This document shows, one piece after another, positions 28,504 to 37,622 of a stretch of 64,000 nt of DNA (position 1 is its first letter; each line of letters starts with the position of its first letter). The notes below the pieces were generated by a model that was not told the origin of the DNA, did not search any database, and worked only from the letters and a program-made list of their open reading frames with translations. The DNA comes from a virus (lineage: Duplodnaviria; Caudoviricetes), in the IMG/VR virus record IMGVR_UViG_3300025909_000005. One strand, given 5' to 3'. A program made the position numbers and the translations under genes.

Positions 28504-29571
28504 ATGAAGGTCACGTCAACGATGGCCGAGTTCAAGAACATCCGAAAGCTGGCGATGTTCACGGACATTCACTTCGGCGCGCGCAACAACTCGGACCAGC
28601 ACAACCTCGACAACCTCGACTTCGTGGACTGGTTCTGCAAGATGGTCAAGGACGAGCAACCGAGTCACATCGCTTTTCTAGGAGACTGGTTTGAGAATCG
28701 GAATCAGATCAACATTCGGACCCTTCACCGTTCGAATGAGGCCTGCAGGCGTCTCAATGCGCTTGGGCTTCCCATTATCTTCATCGTCGGGAATCACGAT
28801 CTCTACCACCGTTCCGATCGCTCAATCTTCTCGACCGACATCTTCAGCAACTTCGAAAACTTCCACCTCATCTCAGAGCCGACGTCCCTCGGTAAGGATT
28901 GGTTTGTGGCACCGTATCTGTTCCGTGCTGAGTATCCAAATCTGGTAGCAGACATCAACACGGCGAAGTACGTGCTCGGTCACTTCGAGTTTCGTGGCTA
29001 CGTTGTGACTGGTGCAGACCGAGTGATGGACCATGGTCCAGATGCAGAGGACTTCAAGGGCCCGAAGTACATCTTCTCTGGTCACTTCCACAAGCGTCAG
29101 GCCAACAAGAACATCATCTACATCGGCAACACGTTCCCAACGAACTACGGCGATGCAGGTGACAAGGAACGTGGCTGCGCCATCTTCGACGTGGAGAAGG
29201 ACGAGATCTGGTTCCACGACTGGGAGGAAGCTCCGCTGTTCTTCAAGACGCGGCTGTCTCGCGTGCTTGGCGGTGAGGCTGACTTTCCACCGCGTTCACG
29301 CGTTCGCTGCGTGATCGACATGGACATCGGCTACTCAGACGTGCAGGCTCTCAAGGAGGAGATGCTCAAGGGCTTCGAGCTCCGTGAATTCTCGGTTGAG
29401 GAGGACATGGCCACTCGTAAGGAGATGATCGCAGAAGGCATGGAGCTGGAAGGTGACCTGGACCTGTCTTCACTTGACAACACAGTGCGCCAGCTGATCA
29501 CCGAAGGTGTGGCCCCATCGGCAACGATCGACCCCACCCACCTGATCAAACTCTATGAGGAGCTCGCATGA
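28504..29571 (+). CDS. gp47: Recombination endonuclease subunit, gp47 (Mre11/SbcD-like) (355 aa)
   Basis: Metallophosphoesterase motifs TDIHFG, LGDWFE, VGNHD, GHFE and SGHFH. Confidence 0.93.
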   Translation: MKVTSTMAEFKNIRKLAMFTDIHFGARNNSDQHNLDNLDFVDWFCKMVKDEQPSHIAFLGDWFENRNQINIRTLHRSNEACRRLNALGLPIIFIVGNHDLYHRSDRSIFSTDIFSNFENFHLISEPTSLGKDWFVAPYLFRAEYPNLVADINTAKYVLGHFEFRGYVVTGADRVMDHGPDAEDFKGPKYIFSGHFHKRQANKNIIYIGNTFPTNYGDAGDKERGCAIFDVEKDEIWFHDWEEAPLFFKTRLSRVLGGEADFPPRSRVRCVIDMDIGYSDVQALKEEMLKGFELREFSVEEDMATRKEMIAEGMELEGDLDLSSLDNTVRQLITEGVAPSATIDPTHLIKLYEELA

Positions 29572-29999
29572 TTCTAAGTTTGACCTACATGGACAGTGAA
29601 CTCAACTCGACGTCTCAGGACCTCCACATCCACTGGAAGTCAAGGTGCCTGGACTACGTTGAGGTGTTGAACACTGAGCTGCACCCAGAGACCTGCAAGT
29701 TTCGTGAGAGCATGTTTGAGACGCAGGCCATTCGACAGGCACGAGGTGAGGACATCGCCGCAGAGGAGCTCGCGACTGAGGACATGTGCCTTCGCGAGTA
29801 CGTCAACTGGAAGCTTGGAAAGCCAGCTGTGATGTATGGCATCGACATGGAGGTTGAGCTTTCCCAGATCTACATGGAGCGGCTCAACGACCGCACATCT
29901 GACAAGGAGCTCATGGCATATGGACGTCGCTTCAAGAACATCCTCAAGCTGATGGTCGCAGAGAAGGAGCACAACATGAGACTGGCAGGTGAGCTGTGA
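29568..29999 (+). CDS. Hypothetical protein (143 aa)
   Basis: Phage codon bias; overlaps both neighbours by 4 nt. Confidence 0.6.
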   Translation: MILSLTYMDSELNSTSQDLHIHWKSRCLDYVEVLNTELHPETCKFRESMFETQAIRQARGEDIAAEELATEDMCLREYVNWKLGKPAVMYGIDMEVELSQIYMERLNDRTSDKELMAYGRRFKNILKLMVAEKEHNMRLAGEL

Positions 30000-30151
30000 A
30001 GATCAAGACGCGTGACAAGCCGATTCAGTCCACGGGCGGCATCAACTTCGTGGCTCCCAAGACGCCGAAGACCTTCGCAGAAAAGGTCAAGGAGTGGCTG
30101 AAGCGGAAGCCAAAGGAAGAAGCAAAGCTTGATTGGGATTCCCTTGACTGA
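29996..30151 (+). CDS. Small basic hypothetical protein (51 aa, GTG start)
   Basis: My translation is MKIKTRDKPIQSTGG...LDWDSLD. GTGA overlap with the upstream stop; fills the gap. Confidence 0.5.
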   Translation: MKIKTRDKPIQSTGGINFVAPKTPKTFAEKVKEWLKRKPKEEAKLDWDSLD

Positions 30152-30167
30152 CGCGTCTGATTACTTC

Positions 30168-30428
30168 ATGAAGCACCGATGGGGCGTGTGCGCAATGTGC
30201 GGACCAGTCGTCATCTGTGGGAAGTGTGGTAACAACTGCTGCAATGGCGGCTACGGCGAGATCTTTGGCCCAGAACCTGGCGTCATGGTGCCGTGTGACA
30301 TGTGTCCCTCGGCCTATGACCTCCAAGACATGGGCAATGAACCAACAGGGGTAGCGGACCAGTTCGTGGAACCGATCCCTCCCCTCAATCCCAGCCGGTA
30401 CTGGGAAGGCAAGAACAGAAAACGATGA
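30168..30428 (+). CDS. Cys-rich putative zinc-binding protein (86 aa)
   Basis: CAMC...CGKCGNNCCNGGYG...CDMC. The start could lie further upstream (TTG 30129). Confidence 0.6.
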   Translation: MKHRWGVCAMCGPVVICGKCGNNCCNGGYGEIFGPEPGVMVPCDMCPSAYDLQDMGNEPTGVADQFVEPIPPLNPSRYWEGKNRKR

Positions 30429-32164
30429 GTACACCTCTTATCTTCAAGACCATCTCAATTCGCAACTTCATGTCCTTCGGCAATGTCGAAAGCACGATCG
30501 AGTTGGATGGTCAAGGCACAGTGACGATCACTGGTGAGAACATGGACAAGGGCGGTTCGAACGGCTCAGGCAAGACGACCATCATCAATGCCCTCTGCTA
30601 CGCGCTCTACAACAAGCCCTTCGACAACATCTCGAAGGAGCGGCTCGTCAACACGACGAACGCGAAGCAGAACACCCTCATGGAAGTTCGTCTCGTCTTT
30701 GAGAAGGACGGCATCGAGTACGAGATCTACCGCGCTCGTGGTGAGGAGTACCGCATCGAGGTTCGCAAGGACGGCGAGGACATCACTCCTGGCAAGGGCG
30801 TCTACGAAACTGATGACATGATCCAAGAGATCATCGGCATCTCGTACGAGCTCTTCACGAAGACAATCATCTTCTCAGGCAACGCACAGCCGTTCCTGCA
30901 GCTTCCGATTCACCAACAGCGGACGCAGATCGAAGAGCTCTTCAACATCACGATGCTCTCTGAGAAGGCGAAGCAGCTCAAGGAGAAGATTCGCGAGACT
31001 GAGGCGAACATCAAGATTGCCGAGGCAGTCGTGAAACAGCAGGAAGTCGCCATCGACCTGCACAAGAAGCACGTGCGAGAAGCACAGCATCGCATCGATC
31101 GTTGGGAAGAGTCTCGTAACGACGAGATTGCCGACATCGAAGCAACCCTTGCCAAGATCGCCACGATTGACTTTGAGGGCGAGCAGGCACTGCACGATGA
31201 GAAGGTCGAGCTTCAGCAGAAGGGCGCGTACCTTGCCGCGAAGCTGGCACCGGCCCGTAAGGACCGAACTATCCTGACAAGTCGCGTCGAAGCTCTCATG
31301 AAGGAGCACGCTCACCTGGCAGACGCGAAGTGCCCGTACTGCTCGCAGCAGTTCGCTGATGCTCCTCACAAGATGATCGGCATCGATGCCGAGCTCGAAG
31401 AGAAGGGTGCGAAGCTGCTTGAAGTAGAGGAGCAGGTTGAGCTGCTTGAGAAGCAGGATGACGTTCGCAAGGAGCGCCTGGCCGAAGTCACGAGCCAGAT
31501 CAAGCACACCGACCTGTCTGAGCTTTCCAAGGCCCGCACGAACTCGTCAGTCCTGCAGACGAAGCTCGAGGAGCTCCGAGTTGCCACGAACCCCCACACC
31601 GAGGCGTATGAGAAGCTGGTCGCTGAGGGCTGCGATGCAGTCGACAACACCAAGGTTGACAAGCTGAAGAAGCGCGCGGATCACCAGTCGTTCCTGCTCA
31701 AGCTCCTGACCGACAAGAGCTCGTTCCTGCGCCGGAAGATCATCAACAAGACGATCCCGTTCCTGAACAACCGTCTCAACCACTACACGAACGCTCTCGG
31801 TCTGCCGCACATCGTGAAGTTCGATGCCGACATGTCCTGCACAGTGGCTGAGTTCGGACGAGAGTTGGACTTCGGTAACCTGTCGGCGGGTGAGAAAAAG
31901 CGCGTGAACACGGCAATGGCCCTGGCCTTTCGAGATGTGCTCCACCACCTGCACGCGAAGACGAACCTGCTGATCATCGATGAATTGGATGGTGCTCTTG
32001 ACCAGCTTGGCATCGACTACATCATCAAGACCCTCAAGGAAAAGTCACGCGATGAGGAGCTTTCAGTCTTCATCATCTCGCATCACCCATCCGTCCAGGG
32101 CCGCCTCGATCGCGATCTAAAGATCAGAAAAGAGAACGGATTTAGTTCTGTCGTTTTCGACTAA
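30425..32164 (+). CDS. gp46: Recombination ATPase subunit, gp46 (Rad50/SbcC-like) (579 aa)
   Basis: RNFMSFGN, Walker A GSNGSGKTT, zinc hook CPYC, signature LSAGEKKR, Walker B LLIIDELDG and H-loop ISHH. Confidence 0.95.
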   Translation: MSTPLIFKTISIRNFMSFGNVESTIELDGQGTVTITGENMDKGGSNGSGKTTIINALCYALYNKPFDNISKERLVNTTNAKQNTLMEVRLVFEKDGIEYEIYRARGEEYRIEVRKDGEDITPGKGVYETDDMIQEIIGISYELFTKTIIFSGNAQPFLQLPIHQQRTQIEELFNITMLSEKAKQLKEKIRETEANIKIAEAVVKQQEVAIDLHKKHVREAQHRIDRWEESRNDEIADIEATLAKIATIDFEGEQALHDEKVELQQKGAYLAAKLAPARKDRTILTSRVEALMKEHAHLADAKCPYCSQQFADAPHKMIGIDAELEEKGAKLLEVEEQVELLEKQDDVRKERLAEVTSQIKHTDLSELSKARTNSSVLQTKLEELRVATNPHTEAYEKLVAEGCDAVDNTKVDKLKKRADHQSFLLKLLTDKSSFLRRKIINKTIPFLNNRLNHYTNALGLPHIVKFDADMSCTVAEFGRELDFGNLSAGEKKRVNTAMALAFRDVLHHLHAKTNLLIIDELDGALDQLGIDYIIKTLKEKSRDEELSVFIISHHPSVQGRLDRDLKIRKENGFSSVVFD

Positions 32165-32167
32165 ATA
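32162..32167 (+). promoter_or_regulatory. Late promoter core TAAATA
   Basis: Overlaps the gp46 stop; 5 nt before ATG 32173. Confidence 0.75.
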
Positions 32168-32172
32168 GTCGC

Positions 32173-32952
32173 ATGAAAATTACTGAGCTTCTGGATTCTG
32201 ATGTCGACCTGCGTGTCAAGATGGATACTGACCGGGTCTTCCGTGCCTACACTACTGTGAATGGCAGAAAGATCAACATCGACATTGAGAACAACCGGAA
32301 GTACGGTTGGTCAGTCATGTTTGGTGAAGATGGCAACATCAGCAACGCCCCAACTGGAAACGGCGGCGCCCTTCAGGTCTACAGCGCAGTTGTCAAGGCC
32401 ATTCAGCACGTCATTCAGAAGCATCACCCTGAGAAGATTACCTTCCATGGAATGAACGATACGGGCCAGGCCGCTGTCTACAAACGAATTGCGAGTCGAA
32501 TCAAGGGCTACACCATCAAGTCGACTGAGATTACGGGTAGCACAAAGTTCGAGCTCGACAGAATTAGCGAGGGCCTTGGAGATCTGGCGAAGGCAACTGA
32601 CGAGGCGCCGAAGGCTGAGCAAATGTTCAGCCACGTTGTCAGCATGATGAAGAAGTTTACGGCGAAAGGTGCCCATGTCGAAGTCGTAGACTTCAAACGT
32701 CCCTTCATTGAGTTCTTCGTGATCACAGGCGAGGACTTCGATCACGCCAAAGACAAGGACAGGCGTAAGATGTTTCCAACGGTAGCTGAAGTAGAAGCTG
32801 AGATGGGCCCGTTCTTTCGCAAGGTGATTCGACTGGCCGATAGCGGCAACTTTGACTACTCTGTCTACTACGCCGATCCGCGCCCATATGGGGAAGATGT
32901 TGACGAACTCAAGGCGCTCTTCGCCCATAAATACCCAGACATCCTCATCTGA
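32173..32952 (+). CDS. Two-module putative internal head polyprotein (259 aa)
   Basis: Leader MKITELLD and internal ISE-GLGDLAKATD. Module 1 is paralogous to both modules of the 60410 ORF. Confidence 0.65.
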   Translation: MKITELLDSDVDLRVKMDTDRVFRAYTTVNGRKINIDIENNRKYGWSVMFGEDGNISNAPTGNGGALQVYSAVVKAIQHVIQKHHPEKITFHGMNDTGQAAVYKRIASRIKGYTIKSTEITGSTKFELDRISEGLGDLAKATDEAPKAEQMFSHVVSMMKKFTAKGAHVEVVDFKRPFIEFFVITGEDFDHAKDKDRRKMFPTVAEVEAEMGPFFRKVIRLADSGNFDYSVYYADPRPYGEDVDELKALFAHKYPDILI

Positions 32953-32958
32953 GACATC

Positions 32959-33438
32959 ATGAAACTCTCTGAAATCAAGCTCTTTGAAGAGCCCATCGAA
33001 ACCAAGAACGCGGAAGACGTGTGGGCTGAGGGCGAGGGCGACGCTGCTTCGTACATCACTTCTACAGTCTACTACGTCAAGCCAGCTGCCAAGGCAGGCT
33101 ACTTTGATGTCACGTACGATGATGACAACGATCAACGCAAGACGTACGGCACCATGACCAAGCAGGACTTGGATTCTGCCTTCACGCCTCTGCGTGGCAA
33201 TCAAAAGGCCGACGCGGAGGGCTACCTCCAGTACCGGTCAGGCGACGTCTACGACGCGTTCAAATACCAAGGCGACCCAGTTCGCGTGAACCTCGGCGCT
33301 GCTGGCAAGGACAAGGACATCGTCGTGCTAATGAACAAGGGTGACTACCTGCTTCGCCAGACGTCAGGTGACAACTTCATCTACACCGTCGAGAAGGCCA
33401 ACTACTTCGACAACGGCTACGTAAAGAAGACATCATGA
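32959..33438 (+). CDS. Acidic protein with leader MKLSEIKLFEE (159 aa)
   Basis: Leader motif. C-terminal MNKGDYLL...YTVEKANYFDNGY pattern. Confidence 0.6.
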   Translation: MKLSEIKLFEEPIETKNAEDVWAEGEGDAASYITSTVYYVKPAAKAGYFDVTYDDDNDQRKTYGTMTKQDLDSAFTPLRGNQKADAEGYLQYRSGDVYDAFKYQGDPVRVNLGAAGKDKDIVVLMNKGDYLLRQTSGDNFIYTVEKANYFDNGYVKKTS

Positions 33439-33764
33439 AAATCTCTGAACTCTTAGAAAGCCGCCGTGGTCGTCCGGATCCTGACAACGTCATGATGGCA
33501 AACATGTCGTCTGCACGACTAAAGTGGAAACAATCCGAGAAGCATGGTCCAAAATGGACTTTTATTGATCTTGCTGGTAGGTTTGGCGTCTCAGTGCAAA
33601 ACCTTAAGGCTCTGGTTAGGTCACATCCAGGATTTCCTGAAACAGCAATGAAAACAAGCGGCAACACCACCTCTAATCCCGCGCGCTATTATGATCTTCG
33701 AGATGCGGTGAAGTGGTGGAATTCAATCAAAGATCAAGTTGATCCAAAAATGCTTGAGGATTGA
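33435..33764 (+). CDS. AlpA/excisionase-like winged-HTH DNA-binding protein with leader MKISELLE (109 aa)
   Basis: WTFIDLAGRFGVSVQNLKALVRSHPGFPE...RYYDLRDAVKWW. Confidence 0.65.
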   Translation: MKISELLESRRGRPDPDNVMMANMSSARLKWKQSEKHGPKWTFIDLAGRFGVSVQNLKALVRSHPGFPETAMKTSGNTTSNPARYYDLRDAVKWWNSIKDQVDPKMLED

Positions 33765-33766
33765 AT

Positions 33767-33772
33767 TAAATA
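33767..33772 (+). promoter_or_regulatory. Late promoter core TAAATA
   Basis: Upstream of the resolvase-like gene. Confidence 0.7.
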
Positions 33773-33795
33773 GAGGATCCACAGAAAGGATCCCC

Positions 33796-34359
33796 ATGTC
33801 AGAAGAAAAGACCGTCATCAAGTCCAAGCGCAAGATGCGCCCTGGTGGTGGCAAGGCCAAGGGCAATGGCTTCGAAGGCACGGTCGCCAAGAAGCTCTCG
33901 GCGGCCCTCCCAATCAACTTCATTCGTTCTCCAGGTTCTGGTGCCCGCATCGGTGGCAAGAACTTCGCAACCGTCGGCGCCCTCATGGGCGAAGAGGTCA
34001 TGAAGCTCTTCAACGCAGACGTCGTGCCAATCAACGAGAAGGAAGCGGGCTACACGTTCCGCTACTCCATCGAGTGCAAGTTCTACGCCACGCAGGATCA
34101 CTTCACGTCCCTCGTGGCCCACACAGCAAACGTCTTCAAGTGGTTTGAGGAGTCTGTTGTTGATGCCCAGAAGATTGGTCGAAAGCCGATCCTGATCTTC
34201 AAGTGGAACCATACTCCCATCTTTGTTGCCACCCTCTCAGAGGAAGCGCGCTGGAAGATACCACGGATGGTGATCGGCGAACCATGTGGTCGTATACTTG
34301 ACATCTACGAGCTCGACGACCTTCTCAATGTCCCAGACTTCTGGGTCACCAAAACGTAA
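33796..34359 (+). CDS. Holliday junction resolvase-like PD-(D/E)XK nuclease (187 aa)
   Basis: Start reassigned to ATG 33796 (SD AAGGA). KAKGNGFEGTVAKKL, RSPGSGA, DVVP and SIECKFY motifs. Confidence 0.75.
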   Translation: MSEEKTVIKSKRKMRPGGGKAKGNGFEGTVAKKLSAALPINFIRSPGSGARIGGKNFATVGALMGEEVMKLFNADVVPINEKEAGYTFRYSIECKFYATQDHFTSLVAHTANVFKWFEESVVDAQKIGRKPILIFKWNHTPIFVATLSEEARWKIPRMVIGEPCGRILDIYELDDLLNVPDFWVTKT

Positions 34360-34365
34360 CCTCCC

Positions 34366-34959
34366 ATGACAGATAGCACTCTGCCACGCTGGAGCGTGCG
34401 GCTCGATGCCACGCGCCCCACGACTGGCTTCTCCGACCTTCTTCCGATCGTCAACTCCCACTTCCGCGCCCATGAGGCCGTCGACAAGTTCCTAGGCCCG
34501 TACAACGCGAAGCAGCGCAACTCGCGCTACCCGTATCAACCACCTGATCGTGAGACCCTCCGCCAGCTCGTGAAGCAGGGCGGCATGAACGACTTCTCGT
34601 ATTCAGCGATGCTAAATAGCATCATCCGGTTCTGTGAGCAGCACAAGGGCCTCCGTGCTCCTCCTGCTCCGCACCCATCGACCATCCACTCGATTCAACT
34701 TCCACTCCCAGCCTTTGAGCTGAAGACAAAGAAGCCTGGAGAGACCGAGGTTCACATCATGGGTGCAGACGAACCGCTGATCGTCAAGGGGCTACGGGAC
34801 CCAGACACGGTCAAGTTCATCATCGTCAGACCGAAGTTGAGCCAGCTTGGCACGGCATCGGCAAAGAACTGGGAAATCCTGTTCTACCGCACGCCGCTCG
34901 GCTACATTCCAGACTGGGCGGATTCACATCTCAATCCCCGTTACAGTGGAGTTTTCTGA
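34366..34959 (+). CDS. Hypothetical protein (197 aa)
   Basis: Phage codon bias; no recognised motif. Confidence 0.6.
   Translation: MTDSTLPRWSVRLDATRPTTGFSDLLPIVNSHFRAHEAVDKFLGPYNAKQRNSRYPYQPPDRETLRQLVKQGGMNDFSYSAMLNSIIRFCEQHKGLRAPPAPHPSTIHSIQLPLPAFELKTKKPGETEVHIMGADEPLIVKGLRDPDTVKFIIVRPKLSQLGTASAKNWEILFYRTPLGYIPDWADSHLNPRYSGVF
34613..34618 (+). promoter_or_regulatory. Possible embedded late promoter TAAATA
   Basis: Inside the 197-aa CDS; encoded as CTA AAT. Confidence 0.35.
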
Positions 34960-35174
34960 TGCTAGTTGAATACACCCCAATCTCTTCCCTCAATGCAGGC
35001 GAACTTGCAGCTCTCAAGGCTGCCGTGAAGCACCAGGTCCTCGAAGGCCGTGGTACCCACTTCGTCTTCCAAGGCAAGACCTTCTCGATGAATGAACTCC
35101 GCGCAGCACAATCGCGCTGGTTGGCTGAAGATCGGGGCCCTGGCAAGCAGCTTCTGAATGAGTCGACTCTGTAA
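34959..35174 (+). CDS. Hypothetical protein (71 aa)
   Basis: Overlaps the upstream stop; its own stop forms part of the next late promoter. Confidence 0.55.
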   Translation: MLVEYTPISSLNAGELAALKAAVKHQVLEGRGTHFVFQGKTFSMNELRAAQSRWLAEDRGPGKQLLNESTL

Positions 35175-35177
35175 ATA
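35172..35177 (+). promoter_or_regulatory. Late promoter core TAAATA
   Basis: Overlaps a TAA stop; upstream of the 35207 cluster. Confidence 0.75.
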
Positions 35178-35206
35178 TCGGATCTAACAATCCGATAGGA
35201 CCCCAC

Positions 35207-35818
35207 ATGTCACAGACCTTCAAGGAGTTTCTGGCTGAAGCCCGAGACCCGAAGCGTACCTACACCGAGAAATCCGTCAAGGGTGTCGTTGAGCGCGTTA
35301 CCGCTCAGCTCAAGGGGTCCGACTCTGGCAATTGGACGAAGCTTGCACGTCGTTACGCCCGCCTTGAGGCCAGCCTCGTTGCGCTGAAGGAACAGCGCGA
35401 CCGCCTGAACCTGACGCTCAAGGACCAAGTTGCTGACGTCTTCGATCCTGCTGACGTCGTCCTGACCCGTGTGGTTGAGACGGCTCAGTTCACGATCACG
35501 CTGAACAAGCAGACCAAGAAGCCAGACACGACTGAGACTCGCATCGACTTCGAGAAGATTGCTGGTGCCCTTGCTGAGTTGATCAGCGATGACCTGCAGC
35601 CGAAGGTCGATGAGATCGTCAAGCAGTACACGACCGTTGAGGTTGTCCCAGGCAAGACAAATGCAGCTTCGCTGAAGGTCTCCAAGGAAGAGCTCAAGGA
35701 GGCCATGTCCTTTGGTCAGGTCACGGCTTGGGTCAAGCGCATGGTCAAATCGATCACTGACTGGGCTTCGCGCTACGATCGTAAGCTTGATGGACTTCGT
35801 GCACGGGCCGGCAAGTGA
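35207..35818 (+). CDS. Coiled-coil putative internal head protein with leader MSQTFKEFLAE (203 aa)
   Basis: Closest match in the window to the T4 internal-protein targeting sequence. Late promoter and SD upstream. Confidence 0.7.
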   Translation: MSQTFKEFLAEARDPKRTYTEKSVKGVVERVTAQLKGSDSGNWTKLARRYARLEASLVALKEQRDRLNLTLKDQVADVFDPADVVLTRVVETAQFTITLNKQTKKPDTTETRIDFEKIAGALAELISDDLQPKVDEIVKQYTTVEVVPGKTNAASLKVSKEELKEAMSFGQVTAWVKRMVKSITDWASRYDRKLDGLRARAGK

Positions 35819-36210
35819 TCACCTTCAAGCAGTTTCTCGAGGCTGACCTCTCAAAGCTGGCCAAGGACGTCGACAGTGAGAAGGGAAACCTCAAGCTCAC
35901 GTACGATGAGTTTCGCCAGTTTCAAGACGTCATCCCCTTCGTAGAGAAACCGGACAGCTGGGATCACATCGACGAGCATACGGTTCCAAGGTCGACGATC
36001 GAGAAGATTGAGAAGTCACTGGGCTTCAAGCTTGAGACCTTCACCGTGAAGGAGCTGTTCGGTAAGTCAAGCTTGCCAAATGGTCCGCTGGCTGATGCGC
36101 ATTGGCCTGAGAATACCTACATGGGCATCCTCGAAACAGACCGTGGCTCCTACATCTTCAACACTACAGGCGCTCGCTCGTACGTTCGTTTCTGGGCAAA
36201 GATCAAATGA
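35815..36210 (+). CDS. Putative internal head protein, leader MITFKQFLE-ADLSKLAKD (131 aa, GTG start)
   Basis: The first 9 aa are identical to those of the 17394 ORF. Confidence 0.65.
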   Translation: MITFKQFLEADLSKLAKDVDSEKGNLKLTYDEFRQFQDVIPFVEKPDSWDHIDEHTVPRSTIEKIEKSLGFKLETFTVKELFGKSSLPNGPLADAHWPENTYMGILETDRGSYIFNTTGARSYVRFWAKIK

Positions 36211-36608
36211 AGCTCGGCCAACTCCACGAAGCGAGTGCGCTGTCACGAATCAAGGACAGTGTGCCTCATGATACGGTAGTTGCGCATCAGACATTCTGGG
36301 CAACGGCGCGCGCCGACTACATGAACCTGCTTGTCAAGATGATTGAGAGTGCCGGCTTTACAGATGCAGAGTCTGACTTCAAAGACGATGCAGCAACCTT
36401 CAGCGGTGATACCATCGAAGCCAAGCTGCATGGTACGTATCCCGTTTATTTCCATCTCTCAGAGTCAGGTGCAAGTTTTGTTGAGGTAGAAGCAGTCCTG
36501 TTTGGTGGTGAACACGTGTTCAGACAGAGGAATGTCAAGGACCTGAAGAAGTGCTTCGCTGAAATCGAGAGCTATGCTCGAGTGAATGGACCCGACGAGG
36601 ACGACTGA
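36207..36608 (+). CDS. Putative internal head protein, leader MKLGQLHE-ASALSRIKD (133 aa)
   Basis: Leader parallels the 46559 ORF (MKLRELHE-SALSNMK). Confidence 0.6.
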   Translation: MKLGQLHEASALSRIKDSVPHDTVVAHQTFWATARADYMNLLVKMIESAGFTDAESDFKDDAATFSGDTIEAKLHGTYPVYFHLSESGASFVEVEAVLFGGEHVFRQRNVKDLKKCFAEIESYARVNGPDEDD

Positions 36609-37294
36609 TGATCCTAAGTGAAGTTGTCGACATTCACGATGTCAACTCCTCTGCTGAAAAGTGGGGCGACCTCATCGTCAAGAACTGCAAGCCGTTCCTT
36701 GCACTGGCTGGTGGCAAGCCGCTCTACCGTGGCATCCACCGCAGCAACATTGGTGGCCTGGCAACAATCACACCTCGCACTGATCGCAAGCCAATGGACA
36801 CAAAGCCCGAGGTTCAAAAGGGACTTGACAGGTACTTCGAGAAGAAGTATGGCGTCAAGCCCCGCACAGAAGGTCTGTTCACGACAGGTGACAGTCACAA
36901 CGCTGCCTCCTTCGGCCAGGTCTGCTACCTCTTCCCGCTTGGGGAGTTCAAGTACTTCTGGTTCTACGACAAGCGGTTCAAGGAAGTTCTTCGTGACACG
37001 GTCCGACTGACGCGCCACATTCGCCTTCGTGGTGATGCGCGCATCTACGACCGCGAGGACAGTGAGGAAGAACAGGAAGACCTGGCCGACTTCATTAGCC
37101 ACACGTTCAGCAAGGACGGCCCGTTTGAGATTCGTACAGACAACTTCAAGCAGGCACTGCAGTCTGGCGCGGAAATCATCGTTGTCTGCCGGCGCGCCTA
37201 TGCCGTTCCTCGCTACATTGGTGGCGACAATGGACAGGGCTTCTTTGAAGTTCACTACGACACGCTGATCCACCCTGAGGATTACCAAGAGTAA
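36608..37294 (+). CDS. ADP-ribosyltransferase-like protein (228 aa)
   Basis: LYRG, then LFTTGDSHNAASFG, in the order of ART strand-1 and strand-2 motifs. Short leader MILSE. Confidence 0.5.
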   Translation: MILSEVVDIHDVNSSAEKWGDLIVKNCKPFLALAGGKPLYRGIHRSNIGGLATITPRTDRKPMDTKPEVQKGLDRYFEKKYGVKPRTEGLFTTGDSHNAASFGQVCYLFPLGEFKYFWFYDKRFKEVLRDTVRLTRHIRLRGDARIYDREDSEEEQEDLADFISHTFSKDGPFEIRTDNFKQALQSGAEIIVVCRRAYAVPRYIGGDNGQGFFEVHYDTLIHPEDYQE

Positions 37295-37301
37295 ATCGGT
37301 G

Positions 37302-37310
37302 TGTTACAAT
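37302..37310 (+). promoter_or_regulatory. Extended -10 promoter TGTTACAAT
   Basis: Intergenic, upstream of the 37332-38857 genes. Confidence 0.65.
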
Positions 37311-37331
37311 AGCTCTTTAGCAGGAGCGTAT

Positions 37332-37622
37332 GTGAACGGAAAACAAGCAAAGCGACTTCGTCGTGCGGCCCTCGGTCTGGCTGCAACCCTCGACCAGAAC
37401 GGCAAGAAGATCCACAAGGACGGTCACGTCGTGCAAGAGCACCGCGTGTACAGCCCTTCCTCAATCTCGGCGCAGTTCAGCTCTGACCCGGCGGCTCAAC
37501 GAGATGTAGAGCCACCAACCATCTCCTACACCGTTCACAATCGTCCTGACTCCCTTCGCGCGCTCTATCGCACGATCAAGAAGGGTGTCGTCACCGGCAA
37601 GATCAAGAACCCGCCGAAGTGA
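37332..37622 (+). CDS. Small basic hypothetical protein (96 aa, GTG start)
   Basis: SD GGAG at 37323 and TGTTACAAT promoter upstream. MNGKQAKRLRRAA start. Confidence 0.65.
   Translation: MNGKQAKRLRRAALGLAATLDQNGKKIHKDGHVVQEHRVYSPSSISAQFSSDPAAQRDVEPPTISYTVHNRPDSLRALYRTIKKGVVTGKIKNPPK

Noticed and set aside
33435-33764. Xis-like gene as evidence of a prophage or mobile element
   Set aside because: No integrase, att-like repeat or transposase is seen. The gene sits in a late operon with the packaging leader.
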